Positions 18,771 to 27,964 of a DNA stretch of 64,000 nucleotides are shown piece after piece. The translations under genes were made by a program, and so were the position numbers. The notes under the pieces are model-generated. The model was not told the DNA's origin, searched no databases, and worked only from the letters and a program-made list of their open reading frames with translations. The stretch is from Acidobacteriota bacterium (lineage in GTDB: Bacteria > Acidobacteriota > Polarisedimenticolia > Gp22-AA2), in the NCBI GenBank assembly GCA_046758905.1, contig JBHIBC010000007.1:2290-66289 (forward strand), read 5' to 3'. How positions within the stretch are numbered: the first letter of the stretch is position 1; each line of letters opens with the position of its first letter.

Positions 18771-19460
18771 TCACGGGGCGACCGCCAGCGCCTGCAGGTC
18801 GAGCTGGAGGTGTCGGAAGACCTCGCGGGAGCGCGTCTCCGTGCGCGCGAAGCCGGCGGTCGTGTCGATCGCGTAGTGCGCGACGCGCAGCTTCTCCCCG
18901 GTGGGCATCTGGGCCGCCACCCGGGCCCTGGCCTCGTCCGGGGCCAGATCGTCCCGGGCCACGATCCGCTCGAGCTGCGCGTCGGGCGCACAGTGCACCA
19001 CCACCACGCGGTGGTAGTCGCGGTAGGCGCCGGTCTCGATCAGCAGAGCCGCGTTGGTGACGGCGATCCGGCCCTGGCCGATCGAGGTGAGGGTGGTCAC
19101 CAGCCGCGCTTCCTCCTCGCGGATCCGCGGGTGGAGGATCGACTCGAGGAGGGCCCGCTTCACGGGCTCCCCGAACACGATCTGCCCCAGTCGGCGCCGG
19201 TCGATCGACCCGTCCCGTCGCAGGATCCCGGGGCCGAACTCCCGCACCACGCGCTCGTACGCGGGCGCGCCTTTCTCGATCAGGCGGTGGGCGATCTCGT
19301 CGGCGTCCAGGACGGTGGCGCCGAGGCTCTGGAAGATGCGCGCCACGCTCGACTTCCCGGTGGCGATCCCGCCCGTGAGGCCGACCCTGAGGACGAAAGG
19401 CCGGAACGGCGCCGCGGATCCGTGTCGGTGGGCGGCGCGGTCGCGGCCCCCACCGATCAT
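18771..19460 (-). CDS. coaE: Dephospho-CoA kinase
   Basis: VGLTGGIATGKS, DADEIAH, IDRRRLGQIVF, LHPRI, AQMP. ATGA overlap with the folD stop. Confidence 0.95.
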   Translation of the reverse strand: MIGGGRDRAAHRHGSAAPFRPFVLRVGLTGGIATGKSSVARIFQSLGATVLDADEIAHRLIEKGAPAYERVVREFGPGILRRDGSIDRRRLGQIVFGEPVKRALLESILHPRIREEEARLVTTLTSIGQGRIAVTNAALLIETGAYRDYHRVVVVHCAPDAQLERIVARDDLAPDEARARVAAQMPTGEKLRVAHYAIDTTAGFARTETRSREVFRHLQLDLQALAVAP

Positions 19461-20404
19461 GCTCGGCGGACCCCGCCGGCGACCCCCTCTCGGCGGATCC
19501 GGGCGGCGCGCAGGGTGTTGCGCAGCAGGCAGGCGATCGTGAGGGGGCCGATCCCTCCGGGGACCGGCGTGAGGTGTCCGGCCAGCCGCTCGGCTTCCAG
19601 AGGGTGGACGTCACCCACCAAGGCGTAGCCCCGCGCGCGCGCGCGCGCCGCGCGGGCGGAGTCGGGCCCGAAGATCTCCGCCACCCGCCGGTGATCGACC
19701 ACCCGGTTGATCCCCACGTCGATCACGGTTGCGCCCGGACGGATGTGTCCGGCCCGGACGAACGCCGGCCTCCCGACGGCTGCGATCAGCAGGTCCGCCT
19801 GGCGGGTGATGGCGGGGAGGTCCCTCGTCTTCGAATGACAGAGCGTGACGGTGGCGTCCCGATGGGTCAGCATCTGGGCCAGGGGCCGGCCGACGATGTC
19901 GCTGCGGCCGATGATGACCGCGCGCTGTCCCGCGATCGGCAGGCCCGACCGATCCAAAAGATCGATGATCCCGGTTGGAGTGCAGGGAGCCGGCGCGTCA
20001 AGCCGCATCATCAACCGCCCGGCGTTCAGCGGGTGGAGTCCGTCGACGTCCTTGGCCGGGTCGATCTCGAGGATGACGGGGACCCGATCATCCGGCCGGG
20101 GCAGGGGCAGCTGCACGAGGATGGCGTCGAGATCGTCGTCGGCGTTGCACCTGCGGACCGCCTCCAGGATCTCGTCGCGGCCGGCGTCCGCCGGCAGGCG
20201 GATCGCCTCCGAGCGGATCCCCACCGCCGAGCAGGATGCGATCTTGTTCCTCACGTAGACCCTCGAGGCGGGGTCGTCCCCGACGAGGATCGCCGCCAGG
20301 CGCGGCGCGGCGCCCGCCCGGTCCCTGAGCGCCGCCACCTCGCCCGCCACCTCCGCACGGATGGCGCCGGCCACCGCCTCGCCGTCGAGCCGTCTCGCCG
20401 TCAA
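19457..20404 (-). CDS. folD: Bifunctional methylenetetrahydrofolate dehydrogenase/cyclohydrolase
   Basis: LVGDDPASRVYVRNK, ILVQLPLP, KDVDGLHP, GRSDIVGRP, VIDVGIN, TPVPGGIGPLT. TTG start. Confidence 0.96.
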   Translation of the reverse strand: MTARRLDGEAVAGAIRAEVAGEVAALRDRAGAAPRLAAILVGDDPASRVYVRNKIASCSAVGIRSEAIRLPADAGRDEILEAVRRCNADDDLDAILVQLPLPRPDDRVPVILEIDPAKDVDGLHPLNAGRLMMRLDAPAPCTPTGIIDLLDRSGLPIAGQRAVIIGRSDIVGRPLAQMLTHRDATVTLCHSKTRDLPAITRQADLLIAAVGRPAFVRAGHIRPGATVIDVGINRVVDHRRVAEIFGPDSARAARARARGYALVGDVHPLEAERLAGHLTPVPGGIGPLTIACLLRNTLRAARIRREGVAGGVRRA

Positions 20405-20410
20405 CGGGCC

Positions 20411-21055
20411 TCACCCTTTCTTCGCGTGTCTGTGGAACGGGAACGACAGGGAGTGGGGCTCCGATCCGATCTCCACGAATCCCAGCGTGAGCCGGAACTC
20501 CCGCCACTTGTCCGGGAAGGCCCCGAAGACGAGCATCCGCGACTCCCCGGCGCCGGCCGGGATCTCGACGCTGGAGTCGTAGATCACCGGGGCGATGCGA
20601 TTCATCGCGGCCTCGGGGTCGGGCAGGCCGCCCCGCGAGGCCACCAGGTAGAGGTCGGTCAGGTCGATCGGGAAGGCCCGCTCGCCGCGGTCGGTCACCA
20701 CGAACGCGTGACCGGGCTGGAAGACGAGGTCCGCGGACGAGCGATTCTCGAAGGTGATGCGGAAGGCGTGGTAGCGCTCGGGCCGGCCCGGGGCCACCGC
20801 GAACGGGTCGCGAAGCCCCGCGGAGATGCTGGCGACAAACGCGGCCCTGTCCGCCGGCTCGAGATACTGGACCGCGACCACCACTTCGTTCAGGACGTAG
20901 CGGACCGGCCCGGGGCGAGGGGGGTGCTCGGCCTTCTTCGTGTCGAAGCGGCCGGGGTGGATGCGGTACGGGTCCGCCGGCCCGGCCGCGAGGAGCGTGG
21001 CGGCGGCGAACAGGAGGAGCGACGAGACCTGGAGGGAGCGGTCCGGGGGACGCAT
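20411..21055 (-). CDS. Hypothetical secreted protein (214 aa)
   Basis: Signal-like LLLFAAATLLAAG and a beta-rich body (FRITFENRS, RMLVF). Sits directly upstream of folD. Confidence 0.65.
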   Translation of the reverse strand: MRPPDRSLQVSSLLLFAAATLLAAGPADPYRIHPGRFDTKKAEHPPRPGPVRYVLNEVVVAVQYLEPADRAAFVASISAGLRDPFAVAPGRPERYHAFRITFENRSSADLVFQPGHAFVVTDRGERAFPIDLTDLYLVASRGGLPDPEAAMNRIAPVIYDSSVEIPAGAGESRMLVFGAFPDKWREFRLTLGFVEIGSEPHSLSFPFHRHAKKG

Positions 21056-21155
21056 CGGCCGGTAAATTACCACACCGCGAGGACACGAAAAAGGCGGCGC
21101 TCGGGCCGCCTGCTCGGTCGGGAGTCCGCTCGGCGGTCGCGCCCGCCGATGCGAC

Positions 21156-21374
21156 TCAGTGGTTCGTCTCGAGGATCTTCGGGGAGGCCTTGATGATGAA
21201 CACCTCCTCGCTGCCGTCCGGGTTCACCTTCACGACACGGTGGAGGAGCACCCTCTTGTCGTCCTTCACGGCGACGATGCTGTTCACGAAGATATCCTCC
21301 GACAGAGGCTCGTCCTTGGATTGCTGCGTCAGCCGCGGCTTGAGCGGTTTGACGTTCCATCCATGAAGCTTCAT
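21156..21374 (-). CDS. Small hypothetical protein (72 aa)
   Basis: MKLHGWNVKPLKPRL...FIIKASPKILETNH. GGAGGA RBS, its own promoter, and genome-typical codon usage. Confidence 0.75.
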   Translation of the reverse strand: MKLHGWNVKPLKPRLTQQSKDEPLSEDIFVNSIVAVKDDKRVLLHRVVKVNPDGSEEVFIIKASPKILETNH

Positions 21375-21415
21375 CGTCCTGGCGTCCTCCTCCGGACGGC
21401 ATGCAACCACTGCTC

Positions 21416-21444
21416 TATATACCTCAGGCCCGATCCCCAGTCAA
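21416..21444 (-). promoter_or_regulatory. Sigma70 promoter of the 72-aa gene
   Basis: TTGACT-17 nt-TATATA on the minus strand. Confidence 0.65.
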
Positions 21445-21550
21445 GGTCGATATCGTAAGCAAATCCTTAACGTCACCGTGGATCGCGAACCCGAACCACC
21501 GCGGCGAGCAACCCTGATATACTCGCCGCGTTCCGCGAGGAGGATCCTCC

Positions 21551-22732
21551 ATGCACAAGGCGGTCATCGTCGGTGCCTGTCGAACTCCCGTCGGGAAGTT
21601 CCTCGGGGCTCTCAAGAAGCTCACCGCCCCCGAGCTCGGGGCCATCGTCGTGAGGGAGGTCGTCCGGAGGGCCGGGGTCCGTCCCGAGGAGGTGGACGAG
21701 GTCATCATGGGCAACGTGCTCACGGCGGGGCTGGGACAGAACCCGGCGCGCCAGGCGGCGCTCGGGGGCGGGCTCCCGGCGGAGGTGGCGGCCCTCACGG
21801 TGAACAAGGTCTGCGGGTCGGGCCTGAGGGCGGTGTCGCTCGCGGCTCAGGCGGTCCGCCTGGGCGACCACGACGTCGTGGTTGGGGGAGGCATGGAGTC
21901 GATGAGCAACGCGCCCTTCCTCGTCCGGGGCGCGCGCGAGGGTCTGCGGCTCGGACACGGCGAGCTGGTCGACTCGATGATCCACGACGGGCTGTGGGAC
22001 GCGTACGAGAACTTCCATATGGGCTGCTGCGGGGAGCTCGTCGCCGAGAGGTACGACATCACCCGGCAGGCCCAGGACCAATACGCGGTCGAGAGCCATC
22101 GGAAAGCGATCGCCGCCATCGACGCCGGCAAGTTCAGGGCCGAGATCGTTCCGGTTCAGGTCCCCCAGAGGAAGGGTCCGCCGATCGCCGTGGAGGTGGA
22201 CGAGGCGCCCCGGCGGGAGACCACCCTGGAGGCGCTGGCACGCCTGAGGCCGGCTTTCAAGGAGGGGGGCACGGTCACCGCCGGCAACGCGCCGGGCGTC
22301 AACGACGGTGCGGCCGCAGTCCTGGTGATGTCCGAGTCGAGGGCGGCGAGGGGAGGACATCGGCCGCTGGCCGAGATCGTGGCGCACGCCAGCAGCGGCA
22401 TCGAGCCCAGGATGGTCATGATGGCGCCGGTCGAATCGGTGCGCAAGGTGCTGGCGAGGGCGGGCTGGGTCCCGGACGAGGTGGACCTGTTCGAGCTCAA
22501 CGAGGCTTTCTCGGCGCAATCGATCGCCCTGATCAGGGAGCTCAGGCTGCGGCCCGAGCGGGTCAACGTGCACGGGGGAGCGGTGGCCCTGGGGCACCCG
22601 ATCGGCTGCAGCGGCGCCCGCATCCTGAACACCCTGATCTTCGCGCTGCGGGACCGCGGGACGCAGAAAGGGGTCGCGGCGCTCTGCCTGGGGGGCGGGA
22701 ACGGCGTGGCGATGGCGATCCGCGCTCTTTGA
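21551..22732 (+). CDS. atoB: Acetyl-CoA C-acetyltransferase (thiolase)
   Basis: [50 protein letters not shown]. Confidence 0.95.
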   Translation: MHKAVIVGACRTPVGKFLGALKKLTAPELGAIVVREVVRRAGVRPEEVDEVIMGNVLTAGLGQNPARQAALGGGLPAEVAALTVNKVCGSGLRAVSLAAQAVRLGDHDVVVGGGMESMSNAPFLVRGAREGLRLGHGELVDSMIHDGLWDAYENFHMGCCGELVAERYDITRQAQDQYAVESHRKAIAAIDAGKFRAEIVPVQVPQRKGPPIAVEVDEAPRRETTLEALARLRPAFKEGGTVTAGNAPGVNDGAAAVLVMSESRAARGGHRPLAEIVAHASSGIEPRMVMMAPVESVRKVLARAGWVPDEVDLFELNEAFSAQSIALIRELRLRPERVNVHGGAVALGHPIGCSGARILNTLIFALRDRGTQKGVAALCLGGGNGVAMAIRAL

Positions 22733-22915
22733 CGGCCGCCGGGTGCCGGTCGTTTCCCCCGAGCGCGACGAGCTGTCGCGCCCGGAGCGGGGCCGTACAC
22801 GCGCGAGCGCCGGGGCCGCCTGCGGATCGACCCGGACGGCCTGGTCGAGCGTCTCGTCGCCGCCCGCCGTTTCCTCTAACAGGGAGCCCGCCGCGCGGCG
22901 GGCGTTGAGGGCGTC

Positions 22916-23791
22916 ATGGCCGACGAGCCGGTGAGGGTCCTCGGTGTCGTGGGAGCGGGCCAGATGGGGCGGGGCATCGCCCAGGTCAGCCTGATGGCCG
23001 ACCTCGAGGTGCTGCTCCTCGATCGCGAGTCGGCGATCGTGGAGTCGGCGCGGCGGGGCATCGACGGGAGCCTGCAGTCCCGTGTCGACAGGGGGAAGCT
23101 GTCGCAGGCCGACAAGAGCGCCGCGATGCGGCAGCTGCGCGCGACGACCGATCTCCGCGACCTGGCCGCCTGCGACTTCGTGGTCGAGGCTGTCCAGGAG
23201 GAGCTCGACCTGAAGCTGCGGATCTTCGCGGACCTGGACGGGATCTGTCGTCCTGACGTCATCCTGGCGAGCAATACCTCGTCGCTGTCGATCACGCGGA
23301 TCGGCGCGGCCACCCACCGTCCCGAGCGGGTGATCGGCATGCACTTCATGAATCCAGTGCCGGCGATGGCGCTGGTGGAGCTGGTGGCCGGGCAGCGGAC
23401 GTCGGGGGAGACCCTGGAGCGCACCCGGGCCCTCGCGGTCCGGCTCGGCAAGGCGCCGGTGCGATCGCAGGACCTGCCCGGATTCATCTCCAACCGGGTG
23501 CTGATGCCGATGATCAACGAGGCGATCTTCGCCCTCCACGAGGGAGTCGGCAGCCGCGAGGACATCGATGCGGTCATGACGCTCGGGATGCGCCACCCGA
23601 TGGGCCCGCTGGCCCTCGCCGACTTCATCGGGCTCGACACGTGCCTCGCGATCCTGGAGGTCCTCCAGGGGGGCCTCGGCGACCCGAAGTACCGCCCCTG
23701 CCCGCTCCTGCGGCGGATGGTCGAGGCGGGGTGGCTGGGACGCAAGTCGGGACGCGGGTTCTACGAGTATGACGCGGGGAAGCGGCGGTGA
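22916..23791 (+). CDS. hbd: 3-hydroxybutyryl-CoA dehydrogenase
   Basis: GAGQMGRG, ASNTSSL, GMHFMNP, PGFISNR, HPMGPL, GRKSGRGFY. Confidence 0.94.
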   Translation: MADEPVRVLGVVGAGQMGRGIAQVSLMADLEVLLLDRESAIVESARRGIDGSLQSRVDRGKLSQADKSAAMRQLRATTDLRDLAACDFVVEAVQEELDLKLRIFADLDGICRPDVILASNTSSLSITRIGAATHRPERVIGMHFMNPVPAMALVELVAGQRTSGETLERTRALAVRLGKAPVRSQDLPGFISNRVLMPMINEAIFALHEGVGSREDIDAVMTLGMRHPMGPLALADFIGLDTCLAILEVLQGGLGDPKYRPCPLLRRMVEAGWLGRKSGRGFYEYDAGKRR

Positions 23792-26700
23792 GCCTGTCGA
23801 CCGAGAGGCGGAGCCGGGCTCGGACCTCCTCCCGCCCGGGACCGGGCGCGGCCCGCGCCGCGCCCCGAGCGCGCCCGGGGGCGCCGCGCCGCCCCGCGGA
23901 CGTCCCGTCCATCCCCGGGCTGATCGAGCGCATCCGGCGCTCCGAGAAGCTGGGCGCGGAGGTCGTCCACGTCGCCTCGCTGCCGGCCCGCCCGTCGTCG
24001 TACGGGGATCTCGAGCGACCGCTCCCGCCTCCCCTGGGGAGGGGGCTCGAGGATCTGGGGATCTCCCGGCTGTACTCCCATCAGGCGGAGGCGATCGACC
24101 GCTGCCGCTCCGGGGAGGACGTCCTGGCGGTCACGCCGACCGCGAGCGGCAAGAGCCTGGTCTATCTCGTGCCGACCCTGGAGGCGGCCCTGATACGGCC
24201 CGGGGCACGGGCTCTGTACCTCTTCCCCTACAAGGCGCTCGCCCAGGACCAGCTCCAGGGCCTCCGGGAGCTGGCGGCGGCCGCGGCGCGGCACGGCGGC
24301 CTGCTCCCGGGGCCGGGCGCTCTGCCCGGGTCGGGGCGTCCGGTGAGCGCCGCCATCTACGACGGCGACACGCCCGACGCGCAGCGGCGCCGGATCAAGT
24401 CTGACCCGCCGGACGTGCTGATCACCAATCCCGACATGCTGCATCTGGGGATCCTCGCGCACCACGACGACTGGCGCGCCTTCTTCGAGAACCTCGACTG
24501 CGTGGTCGTCGACGAGCTGCACGTCTACAAGGGGATCTTCGGATCCCACGTGCACCACATCCTGCGGCGCCTGCTGAGGATCGCGGCGTCCCACGGGCGA
24601 CGCCCGCGGATCATCGCCTCCTCCGCGACCATCGCCAATCCGGGCTGGCTGGGGGAGGCGCTCACCGGTCGGCGGTTCTCCCTCGTCGACCGGAGCGGCG
24701 CCCCGCGGGCCGAGAAGCACCTCATGTTCCTCAATCCCCGCTCGAGCCCTTACACCGCGGCCACCCACCTGCTGGCGTGGTCGATGGACCACGGGTTCCG
24801 GTCGATCGCCTTCACCCGGGCCCGCAAGATCACCGAGCTGCTGCACTCCTGGCTGCTGCAGTCGGCGCCGCGCTATCGCGGCCGCGTGAGCGCCTACCGC
24901 TCGGGCTATCTGCCGGAGGAGCGGCGGGAGATCGAGAGGCGCCTCGTCGACGGCACGCTGCGCGGCGTCATCGCGACCAGCGCCCTCGAGCTGGGCGTCG
25001 ACATCGGCGGTCTCGACGTCTGCCTGCTGGTCGGCTATCCGGGGAGCATCGTCTCCTCCTGGCAGAGGATCGGCCGCGTGGGCCGGGAGGATCGGCCGGC
25101 GCTGACCGTCCTGGTGGCGATGCCGGACGCGCTCGACCAGTACTTCATGGCACACCCGATGGAGCTGCTGGAGCGGGGGTTCGAGGAGGCGGTCTTCGAT
25201 CCGGACAACCCCGTGATCGCGCGCGCGCACCTGGTATGCGCCGGGGCGGAGATCCCCCTCTCGGAGGAGGCGGACGCCGAGTTCTACGACGACAGCGCCT
25301 TCGCCGTCGCCCGCGACCTGGAGAGGGAGGGAGCGCTGGCCCGGGACGCGGAGGGCGGGCGCTGGTTCACGCTCCGGCGCAGGCCGCAGCGCGACGTCAA
25401 CATCCGGTCGATCGGCGCGACCTACACCATCATCGACGAGGCGGCGGCCCGGGTCGTGGGCACCATCGACGGGGTGCGCGCCTTTCACGAGACGCACGAG
25501 GGCGCGATCTACCTCCATCACGGGCAGCAGTATCTCGTCCGCGAGCTGGCGATCGGATCGCGCCGCGTGCGGGCCGTCCCGGTCGACGTCGATTACTACA
25601 CCGAGGTCCGCGCGGAGAAGGAGACCGAGATCCTGGAGGTCCTCGACACGCGCGCGGTCGGGGCCCTCCGGGTCAGCCTGGGCCGGATCAGGGTGACCGA
25701 GAGGATCACCGGCTACGAGAAGCGGCGGCTGTTCGGCCGCGACCCGCTGGGCCTGTTCGACCTGTCGCTCCCGGCCCTCAGCTTCGAGACCGTCGGCTTC
25801 TGGATGCTGCTGCCCGACGCCCTGCGCGACATGGTGCTGGCGCGGGAGGGGCACTTCATGGGCGGGATCCACGCGGTGGAGCACGCCCTGATCGCGCTGT
25901 TCCCCCTGTTCGCCATCTGCGACCGGGGCGATATCGGCGGCATCTCCTACCCCCTGCACCCGCAGGTCGGGCGGCCGGCGATCTTCATCTATGACGGCCA
26001 TCCCGGCGGCGTCGGGCTGGCGGCGAAGGGATACGCGGAGATCGGCGGGCTCCTGAGCCGCACGGCGGAGCTGCTCGCCGCGTGCCCCTGCGACGCGGGA
26101 TGCCCCTCATGCGTCCAGTCGCCGAAGTGCGGCAACGGGAACCACCCGCTCGATAAGTCGGCCGCGCGCCTGGTCCTGGAAGTGCTGGCCGGCCGGCGCC
26201 CGCTGGAAGGGGCGGGACCGGAGGCCGACCCGCAGCCCGTGAGGCCTGCCGCCCCGCCCCGGGACTCGACGCTCCTGGGGGCCTGCCGCGTGGCATCAGA
26301 ACAGCCTGCCGCCCCGCCCCGGGACTCGACCCCCGGCCCGGCGCCGGACCGCGCTCCGATCCGCGCCATGGGGCGGGGGGAGGAACACGAGCCGCCCCCG
26401 GCGACGTACCGGCGCGGAGCGGGCGACGCGGGAAAGGCTCGCGAGCAGACGCTGTTCTTCGACCTGGAGACGCAGAGGAGCGCGGAGGACGTGGGCGGCT
26501 GGCAGAACGTCGGGGAGATGAAGCTGGCGCTGGCGGTGACGTACGACGACGTGAACGCTCGATTCCGGACCTACTACGAGAAGGACGTCGACCGCCTGCT
26601 GCTCGACCTGGTGATGGCCGATCGGGTGGTCGGTTACAACATCGACCGGTTCGACCTGGTGGTCCTCGGGGCGTACACCGACTGGGACCTGTCCCACATC

Positions 26701-26976
26701 CGCTCCTTCGACATGCTGGCCGACATCTACCGGAAGCTGGGGTTCCGGCTGAAGCTCGCCGATGTCGCCGGGGCGACGCTGCGCATCGGCAAGAGCGCCG
26801 ACGGGCTGCAGTCGCTGCGGTGGTGGAAGGAGGGGCGCGTCGATCTGGTCGAGCAGTACTGCCGGCGGGACGTGGAGGTGACCCGGGACCTCTTCCTGTT
26901 CGGCGCCAATAACGGGTACATCCTCTACTCCGATCGCGACGGGAGGACGCTCCGCCTGCCGGTCGATTGGAAGTGA
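23788..26976 (+). CDS. DEAD/DEAH helicase with DUF1998 (MrfA/YprA-like) fused to RNase H-like exonuclease (MrfB/YprB-like)
   Basis: TPTASGKS, DELH, ASSAT, TSALELGVDIG, QRIGRVGR, DUF1998 Cys cluster CPCDAGCPSC, then FFDLETQ, GYNIDRFD and YCRRDV (RNase_H_2-type acidic motifs). Confidence 0.92.
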   Translation: MSLSTERRSRARTSSRPGPGAARAAPRARPGAPRRPADVPSIPGLIERIRRSEKLGAEVVHVASLPARPSSYGDLERPLPPPLGRGLEDLGISRLYSHQAEAIDRCRSGEDVLAVTPTASGKSLVYLVPTLEAALIRPGARALYLFPYKALAQDQLQGLRELAAAAARHGGLLPGPGALPGSGRPVSAAIYDGDTPDAQRRRIKSDPPDVLITNPDMLHLGILAHHDDWRAFFENLDCVVVDELHVYKGIFGSHVHHILRRLLRIAASHGRRPRIIASSATIANPGWLGEALTGRRFSLVDRSGAPRAEKHLMFLNPRSSPYTAATHLLAWSMDHGFRSIAFTRARKITELLHSWLLQSAPRYRGRVSAYRSGYLPEERREIERRLVDGTLRGVIATSALELGVDIGGLDVCLLVGYPGSIVSSWQRIGRVGREDRPALTVLVAMPDALDQYFMAHPMELLERGFEEAVFDPDNPVIARAHLVCAGAEIPLSEEADAEFYDDSAFAVARDLEREGALARDAEGGRWFTLRRRPQRDVNIRSIGATYTIIDEAAARVVGTIDGVRAFHETHEGAIYLHHGQQYLVRELAIGSRRVRAVPVDVDYYTEVRAEKETEILEVLDTRAVGALRVSLGRIRVTERITGYEKRRLFGRDPLGLFDLSLPALSFETVGFWMLLPDALRDMVLAREGHFMGGIHAVEHALIALFPLFAICDRGDIGGISYPLHPQVGRPAIFIYDGHPGGVGLAAKGYAEIGGLLSRTAELLAACPCDAGCPSCVQSPKCGNGNHPLDKSAARLVLEVLAGRRPLEGAGPEADPQPVRPAAPPRDSTLLGACRVASEQPAAPPRDSTPGPAPDRAPIRAMGRGEEHEPPPATYRRGAGDAGKAREQTLFFDLETQRSAEDVGGWQNVGEMKLALAVTYDDVNARFRTYYEKDVDRLLLDLVMADRVVGYNIDRFDLVVLGAYTDWDLSHIRSFDMLADIYRKLGFRLKLADVAGATLRIGKSADGLQSLRWWKEGRVDLVEQYCRRDVEVTRDLFLFGANNGYILYSDRDGRTLRLPVDWK
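26244..26330 (+). repeat. 27-bp direct repeat, period 60, in the helicase-exonuclease linker
   Basis: gcctgccgccccgccccgggactcgac at 26244-26270 and 26304-26330, encoding PAAPPRDST twice. Confidence 0.9.
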
Positions 26977-26985
26977 CCGCGGCGC

Positions 26986-27014
26986 TTGATCGCCCGGAGC
27001 GGACGTGATACAAG
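26986..27014 (+). promoter_or_regulatory. Sigma70 promoter of HU gene
   Basis: TTGATC-17 nt-TACAAG with an extended TG. Confidence 0.5.
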
Positions 27015-27079
27015 GTCGCGGCCCCGGCCGCCCGCGGTGCGGGGGGAGCCGAGTCGACAATCACAAGGGGAGATCCCGA

Positions 27080-27355
27080 ATGAACCGCACGGAGTTGATC
27101 GAAGCGATCGCCCGCGAGACCGACACCGACAGAAAGCAGGCCAAGACCTTCCTCGAAGGGTTCACGCGCATCGTCGAGAGCGAGATCAGGAAGGAAGGGG
27201 AGGTCCCCCTCTCGGGCCTCGGGAAGTTCAAGGTGGTGAAGCGCGCCGCCCGCACCGGCCGCAACCCCGCCACGGGCGAGCCGATCCAGATCCCCGCGAA
27301 GACCGTGGTGAAGTTCACCGTCGCCAAGGCGCTCAAGGACCTGATCAGGCGCTAA
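27080..27355 (+). CDS. hup: DNA-binding protein HU
   Basis: MNRTELIEAIA, GLGKFKV, RTGRNPATGEPIQIPA. GGGGAG RBS. Confidence 0.96.
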   Translation: MNRTELIEAIARETDTDRKQAKTFLEGFTRIVESEIRKEGEVPLSGLGKFKVVKRAARTGRNPATGEPIQIPAKTVVKFTVAKALKDLIRR

Positions 27356-27483
27356 CGGCCGGCCGCCTCGCGCGCGGGAGGGGACGGCGCCCGGACCTGC
27401 CCCGTCGCCGGGCTCGCCGGCTCCGCGTGCGGGCATTACGCTTCCGGGCAGCCGCATCGGGCCCGCGTCGAACCACCCCGGAG

Positions 27484-27942
27484 ATGACCGGCGACGCCAC
27501 CCGAACCCGCCGCCTGCAGCAGGAGCTGTTCCTTCAGGAGCTGGTGACGGCCGTCTACCGCGTCTACGCGGAGCGCATCGACGACGCCGGCGGGCGCGGG
27601 ATCCTCGAGGACTACCTGCGCCGCGAGTCGCAGAGGCGGCGTCAGCTGCAGGGCATCGGGCCGAGGCCGCCCGGGGCGGCGGCGCGGGTCGGAGCCCTGT
27701 TCGCCGCCGCCGGCCGTCTCTACGGTCGGGTGAGCGCGCTGCTCGGGACGCGGGTCATGCTGCGCATCGTGCTCTCCTCCAGTCGCCGCGCCGCGCGCCG
27801 GGCGTGCGCCGAGGCCGATCGGGCCCGGCGATCCGCCCGGCCCGATCGGCGACAGCTCGCCCTGATGCGCGCGCGAGCCGAGGGCGATCTGTGCGACGCT
27901 CTGGAGCGACACCTGATCGACACGACGCGTCGAGGCGGGTGA
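27484..27942 (+). CDS. Hypothetical helical protein (possibly degenerate ferritin-like)
   Basis: GGAG immediately upstream of the ATG. Fills the gap between hup and mtaB and has a helical pattern. Confidence 0.55.
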   Translation: MTGDATRTRRLQQELFLQELVTAVYRVYAERIDDAGGRGILEDYLRRESQRRRQLQGIGPRPPGAAARVGALFAAAGRLYGRVSALLGTRVMLRIVLSSSRRAARRACAEADRARRSARPDRRQLALMRARAEGDLCDALERHLIDTTRRGG

Positions 27943-27964
27943 GGGGAGGCGCCGCCTTCTCCCC

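Noticed and set aside
22743-22934. 63-aa ORF between thiolase and hbd
   Set aside because: It has no RBS, a low-complexity translation and an out-of-frame overlap with hbd; more likely intergenic.
23788-26976. DUF1998 helicase as a DISARM/Druantia anti-phage system
   Set aside because: There is no methyltransferase, PLD nuclease or partner helicase nearby. The context is housekeeping, and the RNase H-like partner fits MrfAB-type repair.
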